In this document: piece after piece, positions 20,779 through 31,500 of the stretch
How the letters are laid out: every line of letters starts with the position of its first letter
Position numbering within the stretch: position 1 is the stretch's first letter
From: Candidatus Cloacimonadales bacterium
Lineage (GTDB): Bacteria > Cloacimonadota > Cloacimonadia > Cloacimonadales > JAIOQZ01
Direction: 5' to 3'
NCBI GenBank assembly: GCA_963665815.1
Contig: OY762463.1
Span: forward strand, 2,752,001-2,816,000
DNA: 64,000 nucleotides
Made by a program: the position numbers and the translations under genes
The notes under the pieces: generated by a model
What the model was told of the DNA's origin: nothing
Seen by the model: the letters and a program-made list of their open reading frames with translations, nothing else
Database searches by the model: none

Positions 20779-21815
20779 TTGACTGTAGAAAAGCAACCTA
20801 AAGAGTATTTGCGGGAATTGGATGAGGCTATAGCAGAAGATAGAGAAACCCATGGCAGGAAACCATTGCCACCCAAGGATAAAGACGATGATAAAGATAA
20901 TACTAAGGAAATAAAATCCAGCACAACTGATCCTGACAGTGGCTATTTAACACGTGAAGGTAAACCTCAGGGATTTTATTATCTTGATCATCGAACAGTG
21001 GACGAGAAATGTAATTTTGTAACTGATATATTTGTTTCCGCAGCTAATCAGAACGATAGTGTTCCTTATTTATCTCGCCTGAAACATCAAATTGAATTGT
21101 TTGGATTTGAAGTATTAGCAGTTGGTCTTGATGCTGGTTATTATACTCATTATATATGTAAAAGATTAATAGAACAAGGGATAGCAGGAGTTATCGGATA
21201 CCGTAGACCATCAGGTAAGAAAGGTCTAATGAAAAAGAGAAAATTCAAATACAACACCGAAAATGACGTTCATATCTGTCCCAATAATGAGGAGTTACGT
21301 TATAGAACAACAAATAGATCTGGGTTCAGGGAATATGCATCTAATCCTAAAAAATGTATAAATTGTCCATTTCTTGATAAATGTACTAATAGTAAGAATA
21401 ATTTGAAAATAGTATCTCGTCATGTGTGGGAAGACTATAGAGAGACTATTGAATACTATAGATTAATGTTCTACGGGAAAGAGATTTATAAGAGAAGAAA
21501 GAAAACCATTGAAAGGAGTTTTGCAAATGCAAAACAGCTTCATGGTTACCGATATGCAAAATATAGAGGATTAGAACGAGTAAAAGAACAATCTTACATG
21601 ACTGCAATTGTGCAAAATATCAAGAAAATGGTTAAGTTTAAAGATAAATCTTCATTATTTACATATTTTTATGAAATCTATCTAAAAATAGTTAATTACT
21701 CACAATTTAAGTTAATCATTATGAGATAAGGTTATTTATGTAAATGCCTTTGAGATCACATGAAAGAAAAAAAAACGAACCTAATAATTATAATATCAAG
21801 TTCGTCAACAGTCTG
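20779..21815 (+). mobile_element. 5'-truncated IS1182-family insertion sequence (transposase remnant 20779-21729 plus right end)
   Basis: STTDPDSG, LDAGY, CPNNEEL, IERSFANAKQLHGYRYAKYRG motifs; N-terminal part missing; right end GTTCGTCAACAGTCTG (21800-21815) abuts palindrome AAATCGACTATGTCGATTT. Confidence 0.88.
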
Positions 21816-21884
21816 AAATCGACTATGTCGATTTTGCATTGACACAGTCTATACACTCCAAAGATAGCTATTAGAGTCAGTAAA

Positions 21885-22135
21885 CTCCACCATTGCGAAT
21901 GACTTTGGTCCATTGTATATTGACATCAATTACTTCAAGTAAATAATAAAACAAAGAAAATGGAAGGGATAAAGCTTGAACGACCATAAGGTTACGAGCC
22001 TGGTGCGAATGTTAAGCCCCCTTCCACTTAAGTCTGAATAGTACATTCGCAATGGTACTACGCCAACAACGTGCAGCGTTGTATAATTCTCCTTTGTGGA
22101 GGAGTACTTTTCGTAAGAAACGGGAGGTGGTATAC
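21885..22135 (+). ncRNA. Candidate structured non-coding RNA, family unassigned
   Basis: Nested inverted repeats 21889-21901/22044-22056 (13 bp perfect) and 21961-21968/22019-22026, further hairpins, no ORF; G-U pairs favour the + strand. Confidence 0.4.
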
Positions 22136-22137
22136 AT

Positions 22138-22170
22138 AAAAAAACTGCCCAGAGTTAACCAGGCAGTCTC
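22138..22170 (-). terminator. Rho-independent terminator of the oxidoreductase operon
   Basis: ACTGCC...GGCAGT stem with an A-run on the left (T-run on the minus strand). Confidence 0.7.
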
Positions 22171-22195
22171 TATTTGTGAGTTCCTTCAAGAAAAT

Positions 22196-22225
22196 CTATT
22201 TAAATGCTTCCATTCGTGAGAATGA
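22196..22225. repeat. 30-bp imperfect direct repeat of the 3' end of the FAD oxidoreductase gene (22345-22374)
   Basis: CTATTTAAATGCTTCCATTCGTGAGAATGA vs TTATTTAAATGCTTCCATTCCTGAAAATGA, 27/30 identical. Confidence 0.85.
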
Positions 22226-22276
22226 ATATTCTCATTTAAAAGAAGCAATCTTTTATCATATTTTTTACCAAAATAT

Positions 22277-22312
22277 GTAGTTGACTCGATTTGATTTCAT
22301 CAAATCTCATCG
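22277..22312 (+). repeat. Partial copy of dispersed intergenic repeat
   Basis: GTAGTTGACTCGATTT identical to 36799-36814, followed by TTCATCAAAT shared with the 63.5-kb copy. Confidence 0.65.
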
Positions 22313-22344
22313 ATACTTCAGCCAGGTACAAAACTCTAAATATC

Positions 22345-23499
22345 TTATTTAAATGCTTCCATTCCTGAAAATGATCGATAGAAATCGAAGCTCTTCAGAA
22401 TTCTATCATCATCATCATTTTTATTGTTGTTCACGAGTCTGGCGATCAGTTCACCCATACCGGGTCCTAACATGAATCCTTGTCCGCACATACCGTTTGC
22501 GTTAACATAGTTCGGTATTTCTTTTGTAATTCCAACTATCGGGAATCCGTCCGGAGTCATAGGGTATTGTCCTCTCCAGGTTCTTCTTACTTTGAGGTTG
22601 GCAAGTCTTGGATACAGGTCTACCATTCTTTTTGCTACTTTAGGCAGGAACCATGAGCAGGCATCGCTGTCTGTACCGATAAAAGGAGGATTAGGAGTTA
22701 TGCAGAACACAACCTGCCCTTCATTACTCTGATAGAAATAGTAGTTTGCAGAATCGTCTGTTGATCTCATATCTACAATCATTGGTTTGAAGAATCTTTT
22801 TACAGGTTCTGTAATAGCTGCTTCATGAGAATCCGGTGTTATAGGCAGGTTTATTTTAACTTTGGCAGCAACAGCTTTAGCATTGTTACCGGCAGCATTT
22901 ACAACCCAGTCTGTTTTGTAAGTTCCTTTATCTGTAATTATTTCTGTAATTTTGCCGTCAGTCATTTTCATGTCTTTAACAGCTTCTTTAAACTTGTATT
23001 CCGCACCATACTCAATTGATTTGAAATACATGGCATTAAGAGCCAGCATTGGGGAAGCAGACCCATCTCCCGGTGAATATGTAGCACCACGCAGACCGTC
23101 AGTATTGATTCCCGGAACCAGTTCGAGATATTCATCAGGTGTTACCCAGTCGATATCCAAACCATATTCCTGTTGAATTTTAAGCAGATCCTTCAGTTTT
23201 TTCTCAAGCTCTTCAGTATAAACGGGAAAGCTGTATCCATTTTGGTACCAGCCGATATCATCGCCGTGTTTTTCTTCCCAGGTTGAGAATATTTCCAGAC
23301 TTCTCTTACAAATCTGAATTTTACCGTAATCGGAGTGAGTAGCTCTGATACCGCCGATAGCTTTCTTATTGTTACCTTGTCCCGGAGAAGCTTTTTCGTC
23401 TATCACAAGTACTTTTTTACCGGATTCAGCGATTGCCATTGCAGTTGGTACACCAATTGAGCCTGCTCCGACAATAATTACATCATATTTTGTACTCAT
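22345..23499 (-). CDS. FAD-dependent oxidoreductase (DAO family; sarcosine oxidase / dye-linked proline dehydrogenase beta-subunit-like)
   Basis: IIVGAGSIG; VVNAAG; RTWRGQYPMTPDGFPIVG; GMCGQGFMLGP. Confidence 0.85.
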   Translation of the reverse strand: MSTKYDVIIVGAGSIGVPTAMAIAESGKKVLVIDEKASPGQGNNKKAIGGIRATHSDYGKIQICKRSLEIFSTWEEKHGDDIGWYQNGYSFPVYTEELEKKLKDLLKIQQEYGLDIDWVTPDEYLELVPGINTDGLRGATYSPGDGSASPMLALNAMYFKSIEYGAEYKFKEAVKDMKMTDGKITEIITDKGTYKTDWVVNAAGNNAKAVAAKVKINLPITPDSHEAAITEPVKRFFKPMIVDMRSTDDSANYYFYQSNEGQVVFCITPNPPFIGTDSDACSWFLPKVAKRMVDLYPRLANLKVRRTWRGQYPMTPDGFPIVGITKEIPNYVNANGMCGQGFMLGPGMGELIARLVNNNKNDDDDRILKSFDFYRSFSGMEAFK

Positions 23500-25592
23500 T
23501 ATTCTTCTCCTTTACCTTTTGCGAAAACACCAAGAGGAACTTCCACAAAAACAGGTCTGATAGTATTAGGTGTAATATCATCCATTGTTACACCTTCTTC
23601 ACGGAAAATTCTTTTCACGAGCATATCACAGGTTTTGCTGCCGCAAGGACCCATTCCGGCTCTGGTAATAGCCTTAATCTGGTTAAGGTCATGAATACCT
23701 TCGCGAACAAGCTTTCTGACTTCACCGGCTGTTACTCTTTCACAGAGACATACCATTGCATCATCGGCAGTGTATTCAGGTAAAACAGCTTCTGCGAGCG
23801 GTGCGGAAACCTCAGGTGCCTGAATTTTGAAAGATACTACTCTCTTGGCAATATCAGCTTTGTTTTCTATAGAATCTGTAGCGATCATCTTCACAAGCTG
23901 AGTCTTATTCTGCTTATAATCAACAATCTGAACTACTTTGTATTTTCCAATATCGTCACCGTCAATGTTCACTGCATCAACAAGATCATCAACTTTAACG
24001 CTGTGATTCATTACTTCATAAGGTACGGTCACAATTGGGTTTTCACTGTCTTTGCGGTAATCAACGAGAGTGATTGCCAGTCCCGGACAGATTGCTACAC
24101 ATTTTCCACAGCCAATACAGCTTCCTTCGTATTTTGGGATACCCATCATGGTTTCGCCATCAATGTTAATGGAGTTTGTAGGGCATACGGAGCTGCATGG
24201 ATTACATGGTATTTCCTGAATACAATGGATTACAGGGATCACTCCTTCTTTATCTTTCGGGAATTCCTGTTCTACAACTTTCCCCGGGTGAGATTTGAGA
24301 ATTTCAGCTTTATCGTGCCAGCTTTGAGGAATTTCTTCAACGTCTGCTGCCAGATCGCGCGCTATACCCAGTCCGGTAATTTTTCCGTTGAACATAGCTG
24401 AGGAAGCTTCTGCAATTTCAGATGCGTCACCTGCGGAATAAACTTTGATTCCTGCAACTTCTGCCTGTTTTGAAAGCTCATCTACTGAACTGAGTCCAAC
24501 AGCTATAAGGATTGTATCGCACTTGAATGTCTTTTCTGTTCCGGCAATAACCCTGAAGTTTTCGTCAACCTGAGCGATAGTGACAGAATCAACGCTTTCT
24601 TCACCGTTTGCAGAAACAATTGTATGAGATGTATAGATCGGAACACCGAGTCTTTTGAGTTTATCAGCATGGACTTTATAACCACCGCACATTGGGAGTG
24701 CTTCAACGAGCCCCACAACTTCGATATCTGCCTGAAGAGCGTGATAACCGGCGATAAGTCCGACATTACCACCACCGACAATGAACAGTCTGTCGGTAGG
24801 TCTTACCAGATCCCTGTTTACGAGAGTCTGGAATGCACCTGCACCGTAAATACCTGAAAGAGTGTTACCGGCGAATTGCAGGAACTTTTCACGGGCACCG
24901 GCAGTATTAAGAATCACTTTTGGTTTAACGAGTTGATAAACACCGTCTTTAAGGATTCCTACTTTTTTATCTTTGAAAATATAGAGAACAGTACTTTCCA
25001 GCCAGACATCAACGTTGTCATAGCTTGTAATGTTTTCTGCGAGAAGTTTACCAATGTCGTTTCCTCTGGTACCGGCGAAGGAATCTTCAACAGAACCGAA
25101 GAATTTATGTGTCTGGAGAACGAGTTTTCCGCCGAGTACATCTTTATCATCGATTATGATTGTACTGATACCTCTTTTGGCAATTTCGAGACCGGCAGAA
25201 AGTCCGGCAGGTCCACCACCGATAATAAGCACGTCTGTTTCGCAGACATCAACATCGGCAATAACTGCTTTTTCATTAACTTCCGGAAGTTCAGGGAGAC
25301 CGTTAACGCTTTCCACAACCATATTTTCGGCTACTTTAGTCATACATGATTTTACGGGAATACCATTAGCGATAACCGTACATTTAGCACATTGACCGTT
25401 TGCACAGAATATACCCTGAGCAGATTCATCTTTGTGGTGATGTCCGAAAATTCTGATATTATTGGCAATAAGAGCAGATGATATTACCTCTCCTCTTTTA
25501 GCCTTATACGGAGTACCATCCCAGTAAAAAGTTATTTCCTCTCGTTGTTCAACGGGCAGGACGGGATGTTCTACAATTCTGTTGTCATTCAT
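23499..25592 (-). CDS. Multidomain alpha-subunit-like oxidoreductase: 2Fe-2S-like + FAD/NAD pyridine-nucleotide oxidoreductase + 2x4Fe-4S + BFD-like 2Fe-2S
   Basis: Start re-called at ATG 25592 (CAGGAG RBS); FCANGQCAKC, IIGGGPAG, GGGNVG, CNPCSSVCP, CIGCGKCVAICP, CLCERV...GMGPCGSKTC. Confidence 0.85.
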   Translation of the reverse strand: MNDNRIVEHPVLPVEQREEITFYWDGTPYKAKRGEVISSALIANNIRIFGHHHKDESAQGIFCANGQCAKCTVIANGIPVKSCMTKVAENMVVESVNGLPELPEVNEKAVIADVDVCETDVLIIGGGPAGLSAGLEIAKRGISTIIIDDKDVLGGKLVLQTHKFFGSVEDSFAGTRGNDIGKLLAENITSYDNVDVWLESTVLYIFKDKKVGILKDGVYQLVKPKVILNTAGAREKFLQFAGNTLSGIYGAGAFQTLVNRDLVRPTDRLFIVGGGNVGLIAGYHALQADIEVVGLVEALPMCGGYKVHADKLKRLGVPIYTSHTIVSANGEESVDSVTIAQVDENFRVIAGTEKTFKCDTILIAVGLSSVDELSKQAEVAGIKVYSAGDASEIAEASSAMFNGKITGLGIARDLAADVEEIPQSWHDKAEILKSHPGKVVEQEFPKDKEGVIPVIHCIQEIPCNPCSSVCPTNSINIDGETMMGIPKYEGSCIGCGKCVAICPGLAITLVDYRKDSENPIVTVPYEVMNHSVKVDDLVDAVNIDGDDIGKYKVVQIVDYKQNKTQLVKMIATDSIENKADIAKRVVSFKIQAPEVSAPLAEAVLPEYTADDAMVCLCERVTAGEVRKLVREGIHDLNQIKAITRAGMGPCGSKTCDMLVKRIFREEGVTMDDITPNTIRPVFVEVPLGVFAKGKGEE

Positions 25593-25863
25593 CAGTAACT
25601 CCTGATCTATATTTTTTTCTTTAATTTTCAGGTTTTTAACTGTTATTATAACAGTACGATACAGTCGTCCATCTAATTTGTCTGTTCTTAGATGTGTCAA
25701 GAAAAACTCGGATAAGATTGACGTAATATAAGTAAAGCAGAGTTTTTGGCTCAATAATAGCCTTGTATCTGTTGTATTGCAGGTACATTCTATATTCAAA
25801 AAGCTCATCCAAGATTAATAATTATCTTGACGCTTAAGGTTAAATGTAGTAAATTTTAAAAGC

Positions 25864-25894
25864 TATATGTATAAATACTTAACAGATACATATA
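25864..25894. promoter_or_regulatory. Putative operator palindrome upstream of fba-gap
   Basis: TATATGTAT-N13-ATACATATA. Confidence 0.3.
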
Positions 25895-25962
25895 AGGCTA
25901 ATATCACTGATGAACTTTGAAATTCACCAGGAAAATAAATTAAACAGTATTCTGGAGGTATA

Positions 25963-26937
25963 ATGTTTTTTTACGGCAATAAAATGAAAGATGTTTTTCT
26001 TAAAGCGAAGAAAAACCGTTTTGGAATCATTGCTTCAAACGTTGTGTTTGACAGTGTAATTCGTGGAATTGTTCAAGGTTATAACGCTCAGAAATCTGAC
26101 GGTTTGCTTCAGATGAGTGCCGGTGCATGTAAATTTGCAGCCGGAGAAACTGCCGACATGAAAGTCGGAGCTCAACTGATTTCACAAATGATAAAGATTA
26201 TAGCTTCTCAACATAAAAATTCAGGTGTTGGTCTTCATATTGACCATGCTACACCAAATTACTTCGATTTTGTAGTTTACTGCATCGAAAACAAACTTGT
26301 TTCATCAGTAATGATTGATGCTTCTAAAGAAGAATTTGCAGAAAACATCAGAATATCAAAAGAAGTTGTAGATGTTGCTCATAAGCATGGTGTTCTCGTT
26401 GAAGGAGAAATCGGTTACATTAAAGGTACAGAAGACGAAATCGTTTCTGATACCGAACTATACACTCAACCTGAGGAAGCTCTTGAGTATGTTCAGAAAA
26501 CCGGTGTTGACCTCTTTGCTGCATCAGTTGGTACAAACCATGGTGTCACTAAAGGAAGCCATGTAACGTTGAAACTTGATCTGATTAAAGAAATTGATGA
26601 TCTGCTGATTAAAAACAATGTTGAAACCGGTATCGTACTCCACGGAGCATCCGGACTTACAGCAGAACAACAAACAAACGCTATAAAAAACGGTGTTGTT
26701 AAAATCAATAAAGACACCAGATATCAAATAGATATTGCAGCTGCAGTTCAGGAATACTGGGCTGATAATGCTGATGCAATAGTCTGTCCTGCAGGAATGG
26801 ACCCTGAACAATACTTCCCTGACAAGAAAAGATTCGATCCTAGAAAATGGATGGTTAAAGGGGAAAACAGGATTCAGAAGGCCGTAGAAGAACTTGTTAA
26901 TATTTCAGGTTCCGCAGGAAATTCAATCTTAATTTAA
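25963..26937 (+). CDS. fba: Class II fructose-bisphosphate aldolase
   Basis: LHIDH, SVMIDAS, VEGEIG, GTNHG, VLHGASG, KINKDT, FDPRK; upstream of gap. Confidence 0.88.
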   Translation: MFFYGNKMKDVFLKAKKNRFGIIASNVVFDSVIRGIVQGYNAQKSDGLLQMSAGACKFAAGETADMKVGAQLISQMIKIIASQHKNSGVGLHIDHATPNYFDFVVYCIENKLVSSVMIDASKEEFAENIRISKEVVDVAHKHGVLVEGEIGYIKGTEDEIVSDTELYTQPEEALEYVQKTGVDLFAASVGTNHGVTKGSHVTLKLDLIKEIDDLLIKNNVETGIVLHGASGLTAEQQTNAIKNGVVKINKDTRYQIDIAAAVQEYWADNADAIVCPAGMDPEQYFPDKKRFDPRKWMVKGENRIQKAVEELVNISGSAGNSILI

Positions 26938-26968
26938 CAGTTACTTTATTTCATTCATATACGAATAA

Positions 26969-28027
<1,059 letters not shown>

Positions 28028-28052
28028 TCGAACAAGTTACATATATTTTTGC

Positions 28053-28087
28053 ACCGTTCCGGATTCTGGGACGGTTTTTTTTATTTT
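28053..28087 (+). terminator. Rho-independent terminator after gap
   Basis: ACCGTTCCGGA-T-TCTGGGACGGT plus T-run. Confidence 0.8.
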
Positions 28088-28213
28088 GCCTCTAATGCTT
28101 TAGATGTTCTTCCTGCTTCACATTTCAAGCCAGCAAATATATTTTCCTTTATTATCTTTGTGAGTAATATTTTGATGGGGACAGACTTCTATTTTTATAA
28201 AGAGTACAAAATG

Positions 28214-28243
28214 AAAAAGGGCAGGAAAATCCTGCCCTTTTTT
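28214..28243. terminator. Bidirectional terminator
   Basis: AAAAAGGGCAGGA-AAA-TCCTGCCCTTTTT. Confidence 0.85.
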
Positions 28244-28306
28244 GCATACGGAACCAGAGTCTAAATTTCTCCCCCCATTTAAACAAGCGGTTCCGTATTA
28301 CAAAGA

Positions 28307-28996
28307 TTAAAAATTACTGGCGTCCAAAGGACGACTTACATATGTAGTGAATTTAACTTCACGTTTATTATTGTTTGCTCTGTTTATGTATATTTCTGCC
28401 CACAGATCTAATCTGTAGAAATATGTTGTTGCATCAGATACACCCATCTGCATAGGATCACTGGCGTCTGTTGCATTTACACGTGAAATTTTAAACTCCC
28501 TTACTACAATATCATTTGCTGAAGAACGTGGGAATATTGGGTAAGGATAAGTTTTACCGGGTACTCTGATAGCTGAAGATACATCGCAGTATATTTTACC
28601 GTTGGATGTATTCCAGTAATATTTTACATATTCACCGGATTCTGAACTGTTTTCATTGCTCTGACTGTCCCGGCTTGGAACCGACATACGAGCTCCACCA
28701 TAATTACCTATTCCGGATGCCAGATCATGTGTCAATCTGACTTTGTATGCTCCGTTAAAACCCATATATGCTTTATCGGAAGAATTGGTTTCCGGATCTC
28801 TGATAAGTTCTCCATAACGAACTGTTTCCATAAGCTGCATTGCCTGCTCCTGAAGTAAGGAAAAAGCACGAAGTTCGTTAAACTCATTGATAAATGCAGA
28901 TATTCCAACAGTTGCAATTACAGTTATCAAGCCAACTAATGATGCACTTACAAGAAGATCAGTAAATGTGAATCCTGATTTATTCCTTAAAAACAT
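28307..28996 (-). CDS. Type IV pilin-like / pseudopilin protein (PilW-like)
   Basis: Prepilin leader MFLRNKSG|FTFTDLLVSASLVGLI (D at +5). Confidence 0.7.
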   Translation of the reverse strand: MFLRNKSGFTFTDLLVSASLVGLITVIATVGISAFINEFNELRAFSLLQEQAMQLMETVRYGELIRDPETNSSDKAYMGFNGAYKVRLTHDLASGIGNYGGARMSVPSRDSQSNENSSESGEYVKYYWNTSNGKIYCDVSSAIRVPGKTYPYPIFPRSSANDIVVREFKISRVNATDASDPMQMGVSDATTYFYRLDLWAEIYINRANNNKREVKFTTYVSRPLDASNF

Positions 28997-29496
28997 TATT
29001 CCCCTCCTGTATTCTTATAGAAGCTGTAGAAATCTTCCTGCATTTTTATTGTTTTGGTTCGTTCAGCCGCACCGTATTTATAGGTAGGATCAGTCCATTT
29101 CACGGTTGCTGTAACCTGTACAAACTGAAGAGCCGTACCATTACATTGGTCAATACCGGTCTTGTATGAAGTTTTTACAGTAGGAATTATCTGTTGTTCT
29201 CCGTTATCAACAATGTAAATATCATCATCATCCCAGTTTTGATATCCAAGACCTGAAGCCATAAGATAAATAGATCGGACATTTTGATCAACATTCTGGT
29301 TATTCATTTTCTGCTGGCAAAGCTCAAGCTGACCTGATGCCAGAAGATAAGCTTTTCTTTCATGGTAGTTTCTTACCATCTGAGTCTCGGCGTAAAGAAG
29401 ACTGATATGAAGCCCTAACATTGCAACTGACACTATTATTGCCATCACAATTACTTCTACAAGAGTTACACCTTTGTTATTCATTATAGCTTTCAT
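28996..29496 (-). CDS. Type IV pilin-like minor pilin (PilV-like)
   Basis: MKAIMNNKG|VTLVEVIVMAIIVSVAML (E at +5); C-terminal VTATVKW. Confidence 0.8.
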   Translation of the reverse strand: MKAIMNNKGVTLVEVIVMAIIVSVAMLGLHISLLYAETQMVRNYHERKAYLLASGQLELCQQKMNNQNVDQNVRSIYLMASGLGYQNWDDDDIYIVDNGEQQIIPTVKTSYKTGIDQCNGTALQFVQVTATVKWTDPTYKYGAAERTKTIKMQEDFYSFYKNTGGE

Positions 29497-29505
29497 CTCA
29501 ACTCC

Positions 29506-31401
29506 TTAAAATACATCATTTGCAGGTGGTTTCTTAAAGATGATCACACCATTCAAGTTACTGCCTCCACCACTTGTCAGGTTAACTTCCGGATAATCTG
29601 GTGGCGGTATTGAATTAAATCTATTATCAAAATGATATCTTTTACCATAACCTGTTGAGTTAGCACAGTTAGATCCAAACCACGGGCTAACCGGATCACT
29701 TAAGTCCCAGTGTCCTGTATCAAGAATGTCGCTGCCTGATCTGTGAACAAATCCACGTCTTGACTGAGATACTGAACCGAACAGGTGTATCTGACCACGT
29801 TCATAGAACATCACAGTTGATGGGAATACAGGATTATACCATGGATAATCCGGTGCTCCTGCTGTTCTCCAAGCCATTCCCTGCCATGCAGCAGGATATT
29901 GGAATCCACCGGCAGCAGCATTGTTTGCAGGCCATGGCCAATAGTGAGTACTTTCACTTGGTGGGTATTTACCAAGGTGTAAGTCAGGATACATAAAGTC
30001 TTCATCTGTATTCATCCAGTCATAAGCATGTGGAGTTGATGGGTGAGGATAATGGTATTCGTAAGAGAAGTTACCATCTTCCCAGCCTTCACCATGTCCA
30101 AGAGCAGCCATGGCTGCATAAATGTAAATACCTGATTCTTCAACATTCTCGCTTCCACAATTATCCCAGTGAATAAGTGTATCAACAGGATTTTCGTAAG
30201 CATACTTTATAAAAATTCTTCTTTCAGAAACTAAACCTACAAAATCTGACCTGTTTACTGGTCCGGTGTAGGCATCCTGAGCTTCATTATATCCATCAGG
30301 TGGATCACCGACAGGAGTATTTACAAGCGTAATATCTCCAACAAGGTACAAGTCATCTTCACTTCCCCAGGTTTGTTTACCTCCGAAGTTACCTTTTATC
30401 CAGAGTACGGAATGAGCAAAAATTGATCCGTCGCTGAGAGAACCGGTTACCGGTGATGTCCAGGAAGTATCCTGAAGCACAATAACACTGCTCATAAGAG
30501 AATCTCCAACTGGTCCGTAAGGAGGGAATGAATTATATATATCAAAAACTTCAGCAGGCAAATCATTGATTGTGGCCTTACACATAACATTATTTGGTCC
30601 GTCAACATCTACATAAAGAATATCCTGACCTTCAATGTGTCTACCGTTCATACGAATTGTTACTGCAACAGGATCATAGTCAATAAACGGAACTTCCTGT
30701 TCTGCACCATCTTCAAAGATAGATGTATTATTTAACGGTGCAGGGTTACCATTCTCCATATTAATTTCCCCGGCACAAGAAACAAAATCGTGGAATGTAG
30801 GCTGACTTGAACTCTGAAGAATAATATCAGTGTTACTGTGAACACGTCCCCAGATTTCATCACGTCCCCAGAATTTTACAGGGTCATCATTAACAGAAAT
30901 ATCTGAATTTGTGAAATACATGAAACCTGCGAAAGTCTGCTTTCTGATGTTACGTTCTCCGTATTTCTTGAAACGAGATGTGTAATTATAATCTTGACTT
31001 GTGAAAGCAACATAACGCTTTGGCTTTTTAAAAGCTTTAACAAGAGCTTTTACACCTCTCTTGGCAACAATAATCTGATTTTCCTGTTCCGGTAAACCAG
31101 TTGATACCTTTGTCTTTACTCCGTATGTTGTAAGCGATCTGCCGCTTTTTATCTCATAAAGTCTTACTCCGAGATTTGCTACAGCAAGATCCATAACATT
31201 ATCACCGGAAGTCATGAAATTCTGACCACGGTCAATACCGGTACGAAGAAAGTGAGTTTCCTGCATTTTGATAAAAGAAGTTTCTGCGTTGGCAGCATCT
31301 CCCATTACCAATACAGTAAGTGCTAAACCTGAGAAAACAGCAATTAAACTTAGCACAATTGCTGATGCGAGATTACCATTCTGGTTAATTCGAAATTCCA
31401 T
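29506..31401 (-). CDS. Large PilX-like pilin-leader protein (paralog 1)
   Basis: NQNG|NLASAIVLSLIAV (no E5); FWGRDEIWGRVHSN; C-terminal GYGKRYHFDNRF...PPPDYP. Confidence 0.65.
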   Translation of the reverse strand: MEFRINQNGNLASAIVLSLIAVFSGLALTVLVMGDAANAETSFIKMQETHFLRTGIDRGQNFMTSGDNVMDLAVANLGVRLYEIKSGRSLTTYGVKTKVSTGLPEQENQIIVAKRGVKALVKAFKKPKRYVAFTSQDYNYTSRFKKYGERNIRKQTFAGFMYFTNSDISVNDDPVKFWGRDEIWGRVHSNTDIILQSSSQPTFHDFVSCAGEINMENGNPAPLNNTSIFEDGAEQEVPFIDYDPVAVTIRMNGRHIEGQDILYVDVDGPNNVMCKATINDLPAEVFDIYNSFPPYGPVGDSLMSSVIVLQDTSWTSPVTGSLSDGSIFAHSVLWIKGNFGGKQTWGSEDDLYLVGDITLVNTPVGDPPDGYNEAQDAYTGPVNRSDFVGLVSERRIFIKYAYENPVDTLIHWDNCGSENVEESGIYIYAAMAALGHGEGWEDGNFSYEYHYPHPSTPHAYDWMNTDEDFMYPDLHLGKYPPSESTHYWPWPANNAAAGGFQYPAAWQGMAWRTAGAPDYPWYNPVFPSTVMFYERGQIHLFGSVSQSRRGFVHRSGSDILDTGHWDLSDPVSPWFGSNCANSTGYGKRYHFDNRFNSIPPPDYPEVNLTSGGGSNLNGVIIFKKPPANDVF

Positions 31402-31483
31402 TAGGTTCTCCTCTATTGTTTTTTTAATTTATTCTTCAAATAATTCTTATAAATTAATCTATCTATTTCACATTTCAATATTA

Positions 31484-31500
31484 TACATTTTTCATGCCAA
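31484..31500 (-). promoter_or_regulatory. Possible sigma-54-like promoter for the pilin cluster
   Basis: TTGGCATGAAAAATGTA: good -24 element, but -12 is GT instead of GC. Confidence 0.35.

Noticed and set aside
21885..21892. CTCCACCA as a tRNA-Ala or tmRNA 3' end (att site)
   Set aside because: No upstream T-arm (GTTCGA) or acceptor-stem partner
21961..22030. tRNA-Sec or cobalamin riboswitch reading of the GGAAGGG...CCCTTCCA stem
   Set aside because: Too short, with no cloverleaf or UCA anticodon; cobalamin core motifs incomplete and no downstream gene
25593..25808. N-terminal 72 aa of the 769-aa ORF
   Set aside because: Intergenic promoter sequence; RBS and family-like sequence begin at ATG 25592. 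The same reasoning was used to re-call starts at 16618, 27041, 33520, 47452, 50110, 53901 and 55198
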